A stretch of DNA of 64,000 nucleotides from Podarcis gaigeae (lineage: Eukaryota). The notes beneath the pieces were generated by a model. It saw only the letters and a list, made by a program, of their open reading frames with translations. It was not told the origin of the DNA and did no database searches. Both the position numbers and the translations under genes were made by a program. Shown here piece by piece: positions 38,097 through 50,952 of this stretch (position 1 is its first letter; each line of letters begins with the position of its first letter). The stretch lies in the NCBI GenBank assembly GCA_964106915.2, contig OZ066923.1, one strand, 5' to 3'.

Positions 38097-39548
38097 GTCT
38101 AGATGATTAACCACTATGCTCTTAGCATTGTGCTGCCTCCTCTTCCAACCTGCAGAAACAGCTTGCTGGGTGGGGCAGAACAGCAGGAGCACCAGACCTC
38201 CCCATCACCTTACCCCTCCCAGTAACCAACAGCAACCCACCTGGTCATTACACTATCATAGCTACTTCCTCCCACCTGGAAAGCCTCTTCTGCCAACCTG
38301 GCAACTTCCCCCACCTTTCAGTTTTTCCCCACAAGGGGCTTTGTGTAATAGCACCTCTCAAGGTGTATGATATATTTTGCCATTCATTCTTTGCTGCTGC
38401 AAATCAAGAGCACTGACAGCTCCAGGTTTTCTGCGGCCCTTAGGAAGGACTCTTTCAGTGGATGCACTGTCTAGAGTGAGCTTCTTCCTCTGAGCTCATT
38501 CATTTGTTCTATTCCTCTAAGCCCAGTCTGCACCACTGCCCAGAAAGAGCGGGAAAGATGAGCATAGGATGCTCTATTTCCATGATCTCAGAAAAAGTGT
38601 GAACAGCCAGAGAGCAATGGAGGAAGAGTGGGAGAGGAAGAGGTGGCCAGCTAGACTGGGGACCCGGGCAAGTGCCTAACAATGACAATCCCTGACACCA
38701 AGCCTGAACAAGAGAAAGTATTTTCAGTCCTTTCATCTTTCAAAAACTACTTCTGAAAAGCTGCAGAGTCAACCACCCACTCCTCAGCTGGTGTGGATGA
38801 GCACATAAAGATCTATGGCCTTATGGCTGTTTATATCTTCCTTTCACCCTTTGGGGGGGAAGGACAAATTGATGCTTTTCCCAAAGAGGAAACACAACAA
38901 GAACTTGTCTCTCAAAGACAATATTGTAGTATGAGGCAAGGGAATAATTTCCTTACCCGAATCCTCTGCCAATTCCCAAGTAGCATTACTTACAAGTCTT
39001 ACTTCTTTGGGCATTTGAAGAGGAAGCACCTGCCAATTTCCACTGGGTAAATAAAAACAGCACAGAAATGCAGCTTTGTATAGGAAACTCAAATTATGGG
39101 AAACAGTTTTTAAGAACAGCAACCCCCCCCCCCAAAGACACCAACACCCAACCCTCTTAAAAAATCACATGGGCACATATAGGATATTTACTGCAGAACA
39201 TTGCCCTAATAGCTACAAAGAAACAATGTTCTAAAAAAGGATCCAAAATTAAATCTGTCTTTACCATTGGTAGTTAATAACTCAGTCACATTGAAAATTC
39301 ATATTTAGCTACGACTATATGTTAGCAGAAATTAGTCCGAGTGGGGTTTTGTTTTGTTTTGTAAACCAACATTTAGTTGTACTTTTCGGCAAATTTATAG
39401 TTGTCTCCAGCTTAGATAGACAGTTGCTGCTTTGCTTAGATAGCTTCAGCCACTCTGATTAATATAAGAAATGATTCCAGATCATGTCCTCTATCACAGT
39501 TAGGCTGAGGCATTTAAGGCAAAATATTCCTCCTGCTCTCCTCTGCCG

Positions 39549-39600
39549 TATACTATACTATACTATACTATACTATACTATACTATACTATACTATACTA
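39549..39600. repeat. (TACTA)n pentanucleotide microsatellite
   Basis: About 10 perfect units. Confidence 0.95.
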
Positions 39601-39928
39601 GTGGGAAACTTGTGGCCCTCCAAATGCCATTGGACCACAACTCCCATTTTTCCCTGATTGTGAGCTTCCCACAAACCCCTAGTCACTTTGTGGATGCTCA
39701 ATTAGTTGCTCCTTTAGCATCTTCTTCCAGCAAGGCTCTTCTTATTTTCTGTGGGAATGTTGTGGATAGTAGGAGAGGATATATTGATTAAATATTATCC
39801 TTCCTCACTCATGCTAGTGAGTCAGTAGCAGAGTACATACCCCAATATATTGCAGGAAGCTAGTTAGTAGGTTTGTTTGAATCTACTTAAGCAATCCAAT
39901 CTGGCTTGTCCAGATTGGGTTTTGTTCC

Positions 39929-40339
39929 TGTTAAATCCCCTTTGTTCCCTCTTAAAAAGAACAAAGACACAACAGTCTTCTTTAAAAGTAATAAAAAGTT
40001 TACTTATATTCAGTTCACAGAAGGTTCCCTGAATGCAAACTTTAGCTTGTAGTTACAGAATAGAGTTTGAGTTCATCCCATATGAGGATTGAGCCCATGT
40101 GCTGCTGGCTGAGAGCCAGCAGACAGCAAAAGCATCGAGATCAAGAGTCAAAGAGGAAGATGGCTGTGTGACTGGCCCTTTTACAGGGTCTCACAGATCA
40201 CACCCATCTACCTGATCACACGCAGGGGGAGGATGCTCCAGACCAGGTGTGACAGGAAGTCCTCCTGGCTGGAGTAACATCCGCCTTTGTGCCCACTCTG
40301 GGCAAACAGGAAGTGTTGTACTTGACTGCTTATGTTACA
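39929..40339 (-). mobile_element. Putative solo LTR
   Basis: Minus strand begins TGTAACA and ends TTAACA; TATA-like and AGTAAA signals; flanks ttcc/tccc (imperfect). Confidence 0.4.
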
Positions 40340-41710
40340 TCCCAAATTTTCCAGCCAGCAGGGCCAATAAATCCTTCACTTAAATCCTCTCCTAGTGGGG
40401 CAAACAGCAATCTGAAGAGCTGTTGCCTGAACATGTGTTCAGCAATGTGTTCTAACACATTATATTTTATTTAATTGTTATTATTATCATTATTTTTGAT
40501 GGCACTTGTGGGATACAATATTAAGTATAATTACAATGACGCACGTCCCTCTGATGGTCCAAGTAAACATGTTCATGACTGGGCAATAAATGCCTAAAGG
40601 AATGGCCAGACACTAATATTCTCTAAATGCTACCAATGAGAAATTTGAAAACCAACATTCCTAAGAGCTTTGGAAGCTAAATTTCCAAGGTTTAAGTGCA
40701 AGAAAATAGCCACCAGTCCAGCCTTCACTAACCTTGTACAGATATGCTGATTGTGACTGATAAGAGTTGCATTCAAAAACCTCTGGAGGATACCAAGTTG
40801 AGGAAGTCTAAACTATTGACTATGGACCTAATGTTAACGCTCCATCTCTCATCTCTATCTTGCAACTGCCTGCCTAATTTACTTTCAGATGGATTTGAGG
40901 TGATAAAGGCAAGGTTGTAATTACTCCAATCTGCTCCTAGACTCTAAAACCTAAAACAACCATCATGTGCAAAACTCTTTAAAATTGTTCACAAACCCTG
41001 TTCTTATCCTGACTTACCATTTTGTTTGAAGGGTGTGAAAAAGGGAATAATTATCCAGCTGTGCACACTTAATGCTGATGTAATTCTAAATGGTAAATTG
41101 CAGCAACTCAGCACAGCAAACTACACTGACATTGGAGGCTTCTGTAGCAAGATTCATCAAGAGAAAACCTGTCAAGGAATAGAGCTCATCACTTCCTTTG
41201 AATTCTTCAATATAATATGCCAACACAGTACAGGTTTGTACAGATGAACCACACTTAAGGAACAGGGTCAGCTGCTTGCAAAATTCCCAAGAACATTTGA
41301 CAATGCAAGCGTATGAATGGAATTGAAACAGCTGTGCTGGATCACAAACCCCGGGCTGTTTCAGTTACAAACCTTTCTTTATGCTTTTAAACGTGTGCAG
41401 TATTCAGAGAAATGTGTAATATGTCCTCATTTCAAGTAGTATGCTTCAGTCACATTCAGTTTGCCTTTTGCTCCACCCCATCCTTATAAAGAAGTACAGA
41501 TCAGTCTCTCCATTTCTGTTGCTTTGCTTATCACAATAATAAGGTTTTGAAAAGGAAAACATATATATTGTAAAGCAGAAACATTATACAGTAATAGGTT
41601 TGGTTTGGACTTCTGAAAGAGGAAAAATACCCTTAAAATCAGCTCATCCTTAAAAATGCAGATATGTATACATATTTACTCCTCATCATTAAAAATGCAG
41701 AGATCTAGAC

Positions 41711-41943
41711 CAGCCGTGGGCCAGTCCACCGTCCCTCAGACCATGTGGTAGGCCAGACTATATTTTGAAAAATAAATAAATGAACAAATTTCTATGCCCC
41801 ACAAATAACCCAGAGATGCGTTTTAAATAAAAGCACACATTCTACTCATTTAAAAACATGCTGACTCCTGGACCATCCATGGGCCAGATTGAGAAGGCGA
41901 TTGGGCCGCATCCGGCCCCCGGGCCTTAGGTTGCCTGCCCCTG
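41711..41943. mobile_element. hAT-Charlie-type non-autonomous element, left end internally deleted
   Basis: Perfect 8-bp TSD ATCTAGAC; CAG..CCCCTG ends; subterminal GGGCC repeats. Confidence 0.8.
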
Positions 41944-42173
41944 ATCTAGACGCACTGCTGAGTTCAGTGGCACTTACTCCCTAGTAAGTGTGTTTAGGAT
42001 TACAACCTTAATGACCAGTTTCTCCTAAAGGCTATTCATTATGCAAATTCAATAAAACTCCCCTGACATATGCTGCAATTTACAAGTCTAACCCAGTGTG
42101 TCCTTTATACAATTAGGAGCAGCTCACTACTATAGTTGCAAACATTTCTAATCTCTTATGGAATGTCATAATC

Positions 42174-42389
42174 TAGGGTTGCCATATTTCAAAAAGTGAA
42201 AATCTGGACACACACAAAAAGACATTTTTGAGCTATTTTTAAAAGAAAATTCACCAAAATCTAAACTTCTGACATGGGCTGCCATACATCCGGATCTTCC
42301 CGGACATTCCAACGATTTCTGCCCGAACACTGTTTCCGACAGCCAAATCCCGGCTATGTCCAGGAAATTCTGGGTGTATAGCAACCCTA
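42174..42389. mobile_element. hAT-Blackjack-like MITE
   Basis: TIRs TAGGGTTGC / GCAACCCTA; flanking repeat CATAATC; internal CCGGAC-type motifs. Confidence 0.75.
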
Positions 42390-42509
42390 CATAATCTTCC
42401 ACAGGAAGTTCATTGAATGGAAAGGAAGATTGTAAGATTGCTAGATTGTCAACTGGCCTACCAGTTTCTAGATTGGTAACTGTATTATTCAGTTGCAACA
42501 AATGATATA

Positions 42510-42750
42510 CAGTGGTACCTTGGTTTACAAACGTATTCCATTTCGGATGTCCGTTCTAAAACCAAAACCATTCTTAAACCGAGGTGTCCTTTCCCTAATG
42601 AGGCCTCCCGCTGCTGGTGTCCTTCCACTGTTCAGATTCCATTCTTAGACCAAGGCAAAGTTCTCAAACCGAGACACTATTTCCGGATTTGCAAAGTTTG
42701 TAAACCCAATCCTTCTTAAACCGGACTGTTCTTAAACCGAGGTACCACTG
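42510..42750. mobile_element. Tc1/pogo-like MITE
   Basis: TIRs CAGTGGTACCT; TA TSD. Confidence 0.85.
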
Positions 42751-44645
42751 TATTGTGATACCTTATACTTTTAAGTTCACAGCAAGCCCCTTAAAGGCAG
42801 TGGCACTCACTGGTGCTGACAGGGAGCACTACTTGCAAAGAGACAATTGGGAGTTCACTTTTTGCTCTGGGATGTAGCTGCCTCCATACCTGCTGCAACT
42901 CACAGGCTAAGCTTTCACACCTTGCAGATAAATATTATATAACTTACTACTGCACCAGATCAAACAGCAGCTACAGACACACCTATAGATTCTGTTCATA
43001 AAAATTGGCTGTCCTACAGACATCCTACTTAGTTACTGTGAAGTTTTAAATTGCCAAGTGGCCAGACAAAAGCTATCGTATCCTCTTCCCGTGCCTTCAA
43101 AGAAATCTATTTGATATGCAGAAATTGGCATGGACCTCTTTACAGCAGGGCAATAAACAGGGCCAGCCCAAGTCATTTTGGCACCTGAGACAAACCACAG
43201 AAAGGTGCCTTTCCCCACCAAGGGAAGAAGGAGTCAGTGAAGATCTACATCAGGAACAAAGTGAAAAGAGAGGGTCACATCAACCTTACCTGATGGTTAG
43301 AGTGGAAATCGAAGACCATAAAGGGAGATTTGCCTAATAGCTATCTTAGGAAGCAGACAAATATGCTTTTATTTTCCCAAGCATTCATTTATTAAAATTA
43401 TATGCTGATTTTATTATGTTTAATATTGCCTTGGTCTTAATATATTTGCTTTATTTTTATTTATTTTCGAAGGGCAGAATATAAACTTTAAAAATAAAAC
43501 CAGCCAAGGTTAAATAAAAATAAAGATGGAATGAAAGAGATTTGGCAAGAGGGCTCATACTATGACATGATACAGCTGTATCACACAAACAAAATATATC
43601 TGATATAGTTCTTAATTAATTGCAGAAAATAATGATAGTTTCAGAAGTAACCAGGACTGGAATACATAGGAACTATACATAAGAATACATTAACTGTATT
43701 TACAGGAAAGAGGGTGGAGTTATACATCAACATCACAATTTGTGGTGAAGAAATAAAGTCCGTTAGCGCAAGCAGAGATTATTTATTTAAGAGAAAAATG
43801 GCTCTAGTATCAGCAGCTCATTCAAAGTAAGTGCAAGAAGTAATGGCTCTGAGATGTCTATTTATAACTATTAAAAATGGAAAACCCAAGAAATTCCCTT
43901 GAAAGCTGTGGCAACAAAGCATTACATTAATGGAACTGCATACACTAAATTAAAGCCATAAAATCTTCTACTCCTCTCTCAGTTGGGAATATGAAAGAAG
44001 AATATTCTTGAAAAATACCAGAACCCATTTGGTTTGTGGTCTGGGAAGCCTGGTGGATCCCACAGGATCCCACCTTCTCTACAAAACAAGTTTAAGTCAT
44101 CATAGTGAGATGATGCTAAAGGCGATATCCAATTTATGGCTCATGCCCTGTGCTTCGCTAGCTCTCTGTACTTGTTGTTGCATCAAGATTTCAACTTCTC
44201 TAAACCTCAGCAATATCCCTTTAGGCTTCAGCACTGAGCTCCCTTAAATCTTGGAACCTTCTAAAATATCTAAGAGTCATTGGCTGTATGACTGAACACT
44301 TAAAACCCAAACTAGGTGGATCTTTTCGTTATCTGTTAATATTGTGGGACTTTACAAGGGCAAATCCTTTTCACGCTTCTCTTTTTCCTGCCTCCAGTTC
44401 ATCTGGGCATCATAGCAAAACTAAGAACTTATTCTCCAAGTAGGTGACCTTTTAAGAATGATGTTCGGGGGGCTAGCTATAAGATATTCAATGCTGATAA
44501 TGCCTGAAGAAGTACGATAAAGAGTGTTAGACCTGGGATAAGAGGAGCCTAGGTTTAAATCTTACCAGATGTCATTTTGGCATCTCCCATCCTATACTAC
44601 CTCACAAAGCTGCTATATGGGTAAAAACTCGGAGAAACTAATGTA

Positions 44646-44855
44646 CAGTGGTACCTCGGGTTACAGACGCTTCAGGTTACAGACTCCACTAACCCAGAAA
44701 TAGTACCTTGCGTTAAGAACTTTACCTCAAGATGAGAACAGAAATCGCGGCAGCGTGAGGGCCCATTAGCTAAAGTGGTACCTCAGGTTAAGAACAGTTT
44801 CAGGTTAAGAACGGACCTCTGGAATGAATTAAGTTCTTAACCCGAGGTACCACTG
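44646..44855. mobile_element. Tc1/pogo-like MITE
   Basis: TIRs CAGTGGTACCTCGGGTTA; TA TSD. Confidence 0.92.
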
Positions 44856-45575
44856 TACGTCGTTCCGAGCGCAAGATACAAATGCAAAAGACAGAATGAG
44901 TTTTATGGGAAGTTTCCTCTGAAACCATCTATCCCAGATAGGCTGTCATATGAGCAGAGAAGACACAGATTGGGATACCACTCCTTCCAAAATGCTCAGA
45001 AGTAATACCCAAGCAGTTATAGTAGTGTGCTCAGGAGAACCAACTCTCCCTCTAATCTCAATACAATCAAATCATGGTGCTGTGTGTGGGGTGTTCTTGT
45101 GCTAGTGGGCCTAAAGTTACATGCAAAAACCACACTCTTGTATTCAGTGTTAATTAACACAATCAGAAAAAGTATAACACCTTAATTCCACATTCAAATC
45201 AGTTATGGTTAGACTGCCACCCCCAGTTTACATATCTGCATGCACTGGAAGTGTGGAAGACAGCTGCCATTCAGCTTCCATGCTTGCAAGTATACCAAGA
45301 TAGTTAAAAAATAGTTAACTTTCATTAAGCTATCATAGGTATGGCTCCCTGGAATGCTGGATAAAGTATGTGGGCTTTTATTTATGCTCAGGATCTATTT
45401 GCCATTTCATCCCTTTCTGTCCACTCAGATAGCTGACTAGTAAGGCCACCTTCCTTTCAACCAGTAGTTACAGTATTATTGACTTGTGCATAACCTTGCT
45501 TGTCCCTGTTCTGTACCTGGAGAATGCTACAGTCTTTATTATTAGCCGCCCTGAGCAAAAATAAAATTATTATTA

Positions 45576-45606
<31 letters not shown>

Positions 45607-45644
45607 ACAGATGGATGGGGGAGGGGGTTAAAGGAATTGGTGCA

Positions 45645-45860
45645 TTCATTCATTCATTTTATTTCTATCCCATCTTTGCTATAAGGAGTTCAAGGTGGCG
45701 CACATGGTCCCCTCTCCCCATTTTATCTTCACAACAGCCTTATGAGGTAGAAAGTGATTTTGCTGATGGTCACCTAATAACTTCATGGCCGAGTGGGGCT
45801 TTGAACCCTGGTCTTTCAGGTCCTAGTCAAACACTCTAACCACAACACTTCACTGGCTGT
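45645..45860 (-). mobile_element. MIR/CORE-like SINE; adjacent (TTA)n at 45566-45606
   Basis: Reverse-strand tRNA-like head (..gttagagtgtttgactaggac..gggttcaaagccc); boundaries approximate. Confidence 0.55.
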
Positions 45861-48476
45861 CTTCATGGCTCTATGAGCTCATCCAATATAATGAATCCAA
45901 GGTGATCACTCTTACCCAACTTATTGGCAATTGCATAAATGGTCAAGATATGTAGGATTACATTTTCAATGTTTGCTCATTTATGGGATTCGTGTGTGTG
46001 TGTTTTTTCCAGCTTGGATCTGAACATGTTCTGTTTACAGGGCTCCCAAATTGCAGGACACATTATACAGAAAATCAGAGAATTTCAAATAAACATCCAA
46101 AATAGGGTTTCCTTTTTTTTTAAAAGAAATGGAACCCCCCCTCCCCCCAAAAAAATACTTGCATAATCCTGCTAACAAAGCATTCCCTTCATTTTTTTTT
46201 TTAAATGGCATTTCATTTAATTATTTGCTGCATTTATATACCAGATTCCTGTCAAAGCAGTTTACAGTTTTAAAACACCCAAACAAACGAATGGTATAAA
46301 ATGCAGAAGAGGTCCCCACTGGTGGACTGATGGTGGGAGGAAATCCCTGACCCAGGATTCCTTCCTTCTCTCGGGGCACACAAAAATCTTAAAGAGCCCT
46401 AGAGAATATTGGGTTTTCTGAGGTCATAACTGTATGTAGAAGACAGGGATTCCAGAGGAGAAAGGCAAAGAATAGCACATTGGCAACCAGCAGAAGGCGG
46501 CCCAGGTAAAGGACTCTGGATGTCCTAGTGCCTTCATACGAAAACAACAAGCTCCTGTGTGGCACAGTGTTTCTCCCCCTGTCATTATATCTCTAAGGTC
46601 ATCATTTACTGCTTCCAACCCTTAACAGCCCATGGTCTTGACTGGAGATGAAAACAGTAATTTGGAATGGTTTTATACCGAAGCCATTCAAGCTCATTTC
46701 TACGTATTGCACTTATGAGTGTGGTGCAGCTGAAATTCAGCAGTAGCCGATTCTGGAAGCAATGTCTCTGTTCTCTCCAGCAGGTGTTACTATAACCAAG
46801 GTGAATTGCAACATATACTCTGCAACATTTGCATTAACTGGCAATTTTTAAAAGAGTAACAGTAAAAGTGTGTGGGGGGGGGGAGAATAAATTTCATCCA
46901 AATGCAAATTGCAAATTATGTAAGACATATAAAACGTTGGACAAAAAAAAAAAAAGTGAGATAGAGACCAAACCTGCCTTCTGGAATGGAAGCAGCCTCT
47001 ACACAAGATGCCTGCAGAAACCAGCACAGCAGTACCAAAATGGATGTGCGAATTACATTAATGCTGCATTATTCATTTATATACCAGAGGATATCATAGA
47101 CATTAAAGAGAACTGCATCCCTTGTATTAGGCTCCTTCAACTCAACTATTTTTGTGCCAGCCCAGGCCAATTTTATGTAACAGGATTTTAAAAAAATAAA
47201 GTTTATGTTGAATTATATGACCCAGTTCCTGCTTTGTATATGCAGCTCCTTTAGGGTTGAAATGTTAACAGCAGCAATGAGGATGTGTTGAAGATTCCCT
47301 TCAGGGATGGTAGCAATAACAATTCGAACAGCCCATTTCATCTGCCTTGTCACTCATTTTGCCAATTTCTGTAATATGCCTTTCATTGTATCCTCTAACA
47401 CTGGTTAACGAACCCTTTCATACCAACCTGCCTCCTATCAAACAAATATTGTCCCAATGGATCATTTCCTTACAGGGGAGAAAATCCTAAGCGAGTTTCC
47501 TGTTGGGTCTCCCCAGGAAACACTCCCCTGAGTTCAGACCTTGTAAATTAACAACTAATTAGGAATGCTTGTGTGAACATCCCCCCCCCCCACACACACA
47601 CTGAAAATGTCACCCCTGGGCGACATGGACCTTTTACGAGACCCAGCTTAAAGGATCTCCTTTCTCTTTTCCCCTTGGTGTTTCCCTGTCTGCAGCAGCA
47701 GATCTCCACAAGGTGCTCCTAAAAGCTGTGGCGCAATTGAGAAAACGGGAAAGCTCAGAAAGAAATGAAACCCATTCCTGCCATCTGCACAGGCAACATG
47801 GATTTGTTTTTCCCCCATCATCACAGCCCGTGCAAAAAAGGAAAAAGAAGCAGCAGCCAAATGCGTTTCACCACCGAAGTGGATGGAACTGGGAGGGTGG
47901 AATTGAAAGGTGAGAATCGCCTCTCTTTAACTTCTGATATTCCAAGGCGGTGGGGTGGGAAGCGCGGGGGGTGGGGTGGCAAAGGGGGTGGGAGATGCAC
48001 TGGGGAAAGCAAGAGAAATATATTGGCCAACTACATTGGATGAGGCAGCGTATAATCTCAGAGCAACGTCTTCCCCCCACCCCAAACCGGCTGCGTCCTT
48101 CCAGCCGAGCTAATTGCTCTGGGTATTGCAGTGCTGCTGCTCAATCGAGCGGGCTGCTTGGGCTGCGGAGCTTCCCCGAGGAAACTGGCCTCATCCTTCT
48201 GTTGCGCGCGCGGCGGCAACTCGGCCAGGTTCTGCCTCCCCAGAAGAGGGCGACGGAAAACGACCCATAAACCTGGGGACGCTTTTGGAGGCGCGCACAT
48301 CTCCTTCCTCAGAGCGACACTCCCTCAGAAAAGCTCGCGGCAGCAGGCAGCAGCCCCCTCCTCCCCCCATCCTATCCAGCCCACCCCCCTCACCACCATT
48401 GGGGTGGATTTAAATACCCAACCCAGCTCTTCGAAATCTCCCTGGGTGCGGATAACAATAAGAAGCCAAGTCCTAC

Positions 48477-48690
48477 CTGTGCGGGGACCGCGCTGCTGAG
48501 GGAAAAACGCGCGCGAGGTGCGGCGGGCGGGCGGGCGGGGGCTGCGCAGCTGGAGGTTTCCCGCGTGCAGCCGCAAGCACCTGGGAGCACCCTGCTCTGC
48601 TTGGCTTGGCTTGGCTAGGCTAGGCTTGGCTGCCTTGCCCCCTGCGCGCGCGCCCACCTCCCTCCTCAGCGAAGTCCACCCCAAAAAAAC
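48477..48690 (-). other. Probable non-coding first exon of an unidentified minus-strand gene
   Basis: Donor CAG|gtagga at 48477 inside the island, downstream of minus-oriented CCAAT boxes; no ATG; TSS approximate. Confidence 0.55.
48599..48631. repeat. (GCTTG/GCTAG)n pentamer repeat
   Basis: About 6 units seen directly. Confidence 0.85.
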
Positions 48691-49199
48691 GCCTTGACAG
48701 TTGCCCGCCTTTGCCTGAGGGGGCTGTGGGCGAACCGAGCTGATTGGGGCAAGAGCGGGAGGGGGGCCGGGGGGCGGTGGCGGAGCGCGAGAGCGCCGGG
48801 CAGCGATTGGACGCGGGTGATGTCACTCTCGAGCCTGGCAACGAGGGAAACGTTGCTGGGTCAGGGAAGGGCTTCCTCGGGTTGGGAAAGCGGCGGCAGC
48901 CTCACAGCTGCAAAGGAGCCGCGGGCGCGGAAGGAGGCGTGTGGCGGCAGCCGGAGAGGGGGGGGGGTCTCTCCGCGGCGACACCCCGGAGAACGACGAG
49001 GCGAGGCAAGCGGCGCGCTCGGCAGCGCCCACCCGCCCATCTATTCGCGGTGACACATTACTGCAGGTGCAAAGGCGGCGCGCGGCAGCCTTGGCTCCGC
49101 CTCCCTGGCGCGGGCACAGACCCCTCGCACATGCCCAGTGCCAAATTGAAGCCCGACTGAAGCTCCTGCCCTACCCGGAGTTCCCTTGGCGCTCTCGCC

Positions 49200-49392
49200 T
49201 GCGCCAGTAGCTTCTAAGGATAAGGGCGAAAGGATGCTGCTGTCCGTGTAGGTGCTGCTGAGAGATTTTGAAACGAGGGTGCAGGGAGTGATGCTCAGCG
49301 GAACAGCAGATTTAGGAGCGGGATGACGAAGAAGGGTTGGTTATAGGGGGAAAGGCTTCAAATGAGGATGCCTGCCCAGAGAAGAAAATAAG
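49200..49392 (+). ncRNA. Candidate first exon of a divergent (lncRNA-like) transcript
   Basis: Perfect donor AAG|gtaagt at the island edge; good acceptors downstream (49858, 51819, 57635); start approximate. Confidence 0.3.
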
Positions 49393-49603
49393 GTAAGTGT
49401 GGGTGAGTGGGAGTTAACCTGGCATATCATTATGCAACCACTCGGGAAAATTCCACAGTCTGCAGGAAAGTCCGGTTCCGCCCCATTCCCAACACACCCT
49501 ACCCCTTCTAAGGACAGGATTCCATGAGCCTGGGCAAAAATATATCATAGCATCAAGGCATTCCAGATTCTCTTCTCTTCCAGAGAAATATATGCCCCTA
49601 GTG

Positions 49604-49604
<1 letters not shown>

Positions 49605-49635
<31 letters not shown>
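49605..49635. repeat. (CA)n microsatellite
   Basis: About 15 units. Confidence 0.95.
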
Positions 49636-49638
<3 letters not shown>

Positions 49639-50744
49639 ACTAAACGCACATTTAGCATACAGGGGCGATTAAAAATAAATAAATGCAAACCCGCATTTAA
49701 TGTGTGCTTTGCCCCACATTTGCGATCTGTAATCTCCACTGACACCCAAACCAGTTAATCTTCTCTCAACCTTAGAAGGATTCAGAACCAGAACTCTTTT
49801 AATCGTATCTAATTTGTACATTTTCATAACGTGGGTATTAAACGTGGTTTTCTTTCAGCGTTCAGAAGTGGTCGATTTCAATAGAAGGACAACACTGCAG
49901 TAGCAACAACAGCAACATATAGGTTCAGATTCCATAGCTACCCTGTGGCAAGAGGGCTCTCCTCCCACATCCTAGAGCAGGGGTGGAGAACCCTGTGGCC
50001 CTCCAGATATTGTTCGGATTCCAGCTCCCACAATTCTGGACTCTGACCATTTGCAATGCTGGTTGGGGCTGATGGGAGATGGAGTTCAGCAAAATCTGGT
50101 AGATTAACTGCTCCATCCTAGAGAAACAGAGGTAGTAGGACTGCATGCTTCTAATTATTTTGGAAATTTAGGGCTCACCTGTATTGTCTGACCCATTAAA
50201 ACATTTATCTATATCAAATATGGTTGTGCCAAGGTATAAAATAAACACAGTTCACTCATTCTTTGTACACAAGTTCTATACCCAGCCTCCAGTTACCACA
50301 AAGAAATGACTTGGATTCCAGTCCAAATCTTTTAGATATCAAAATGAGCCAGACATCCAAGGTCCACTTTTTGCATTCACTCCCTGAATCCAGTCATTGC
50401 ACTGCCATAGAAGTATATCTGGTGCTTGGGAGTGGTGACAAAAGTATATCCAGAGATCTGGCTTAAGATTTGAGAATAGTACATGGCCATGACTCCCTGC
50501 CCCCCCCCCCAACTTCAGCATACTTCTAGCTTGCACATCCAAACATTTTGTCCTCCAGATTTTGGCTGTCTCTTGCAAGCCTACTGATTCAGAATGTACA
50601 GACTTCACACATATTCACATTCACCGTACATTCACTTATTCTGTGTTCTCTCTCAAGAAGGAACTTCTGGGGAGGGAGGAGGCTGTTCTTCGCTTTTGGT
50701 ATCCCTTCCTAATATTTCTTTTATTTGTAACTTTTTTGCAGTCT

Positions 50745-50952
50745 TAAGAACATAAGAACCACCTTCTGGATCAGGATAATGGCCCATCTAGTCCAGCATC
50801 TTGTTCTGACAGTGGGTAACCAGATGCCTATAGGAAGCCCATAAGCAGGACCTGAGCAAAAGAGCACTGTCCCCACTAGCGATTCCCAGCAATTGGCATT
50901 TAGAGACATGTTGCCTCTGACAGTGGAGACAGCACAGCCATTGTGGCCAGTC
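50745..50952 (-). mobile_element. CR1 LINE 3' end
   Basis: taagaacataaga tail and ggcccatctagtccagca motif. Confidence 0.7.

Larger units (their letters stand above)
48050..49320. promoter_or_regulatory. CpG island promoter
   Basis: Very high GC and CpG density; CCAAT boxes on the minus strand at 48743-48747 and 48806-48810; GC box 48771-48780; RFX-like CCTGGCAAC 48834-48842. Confidence 0.9.

Noticed and set aside
47648-49210. Many overlapping 70-140 aa ORFs
   Set aside because: Expected in a GC-rich CpG island because stops are scarce; low-complexity R/G/P/A content and no recognisable domain
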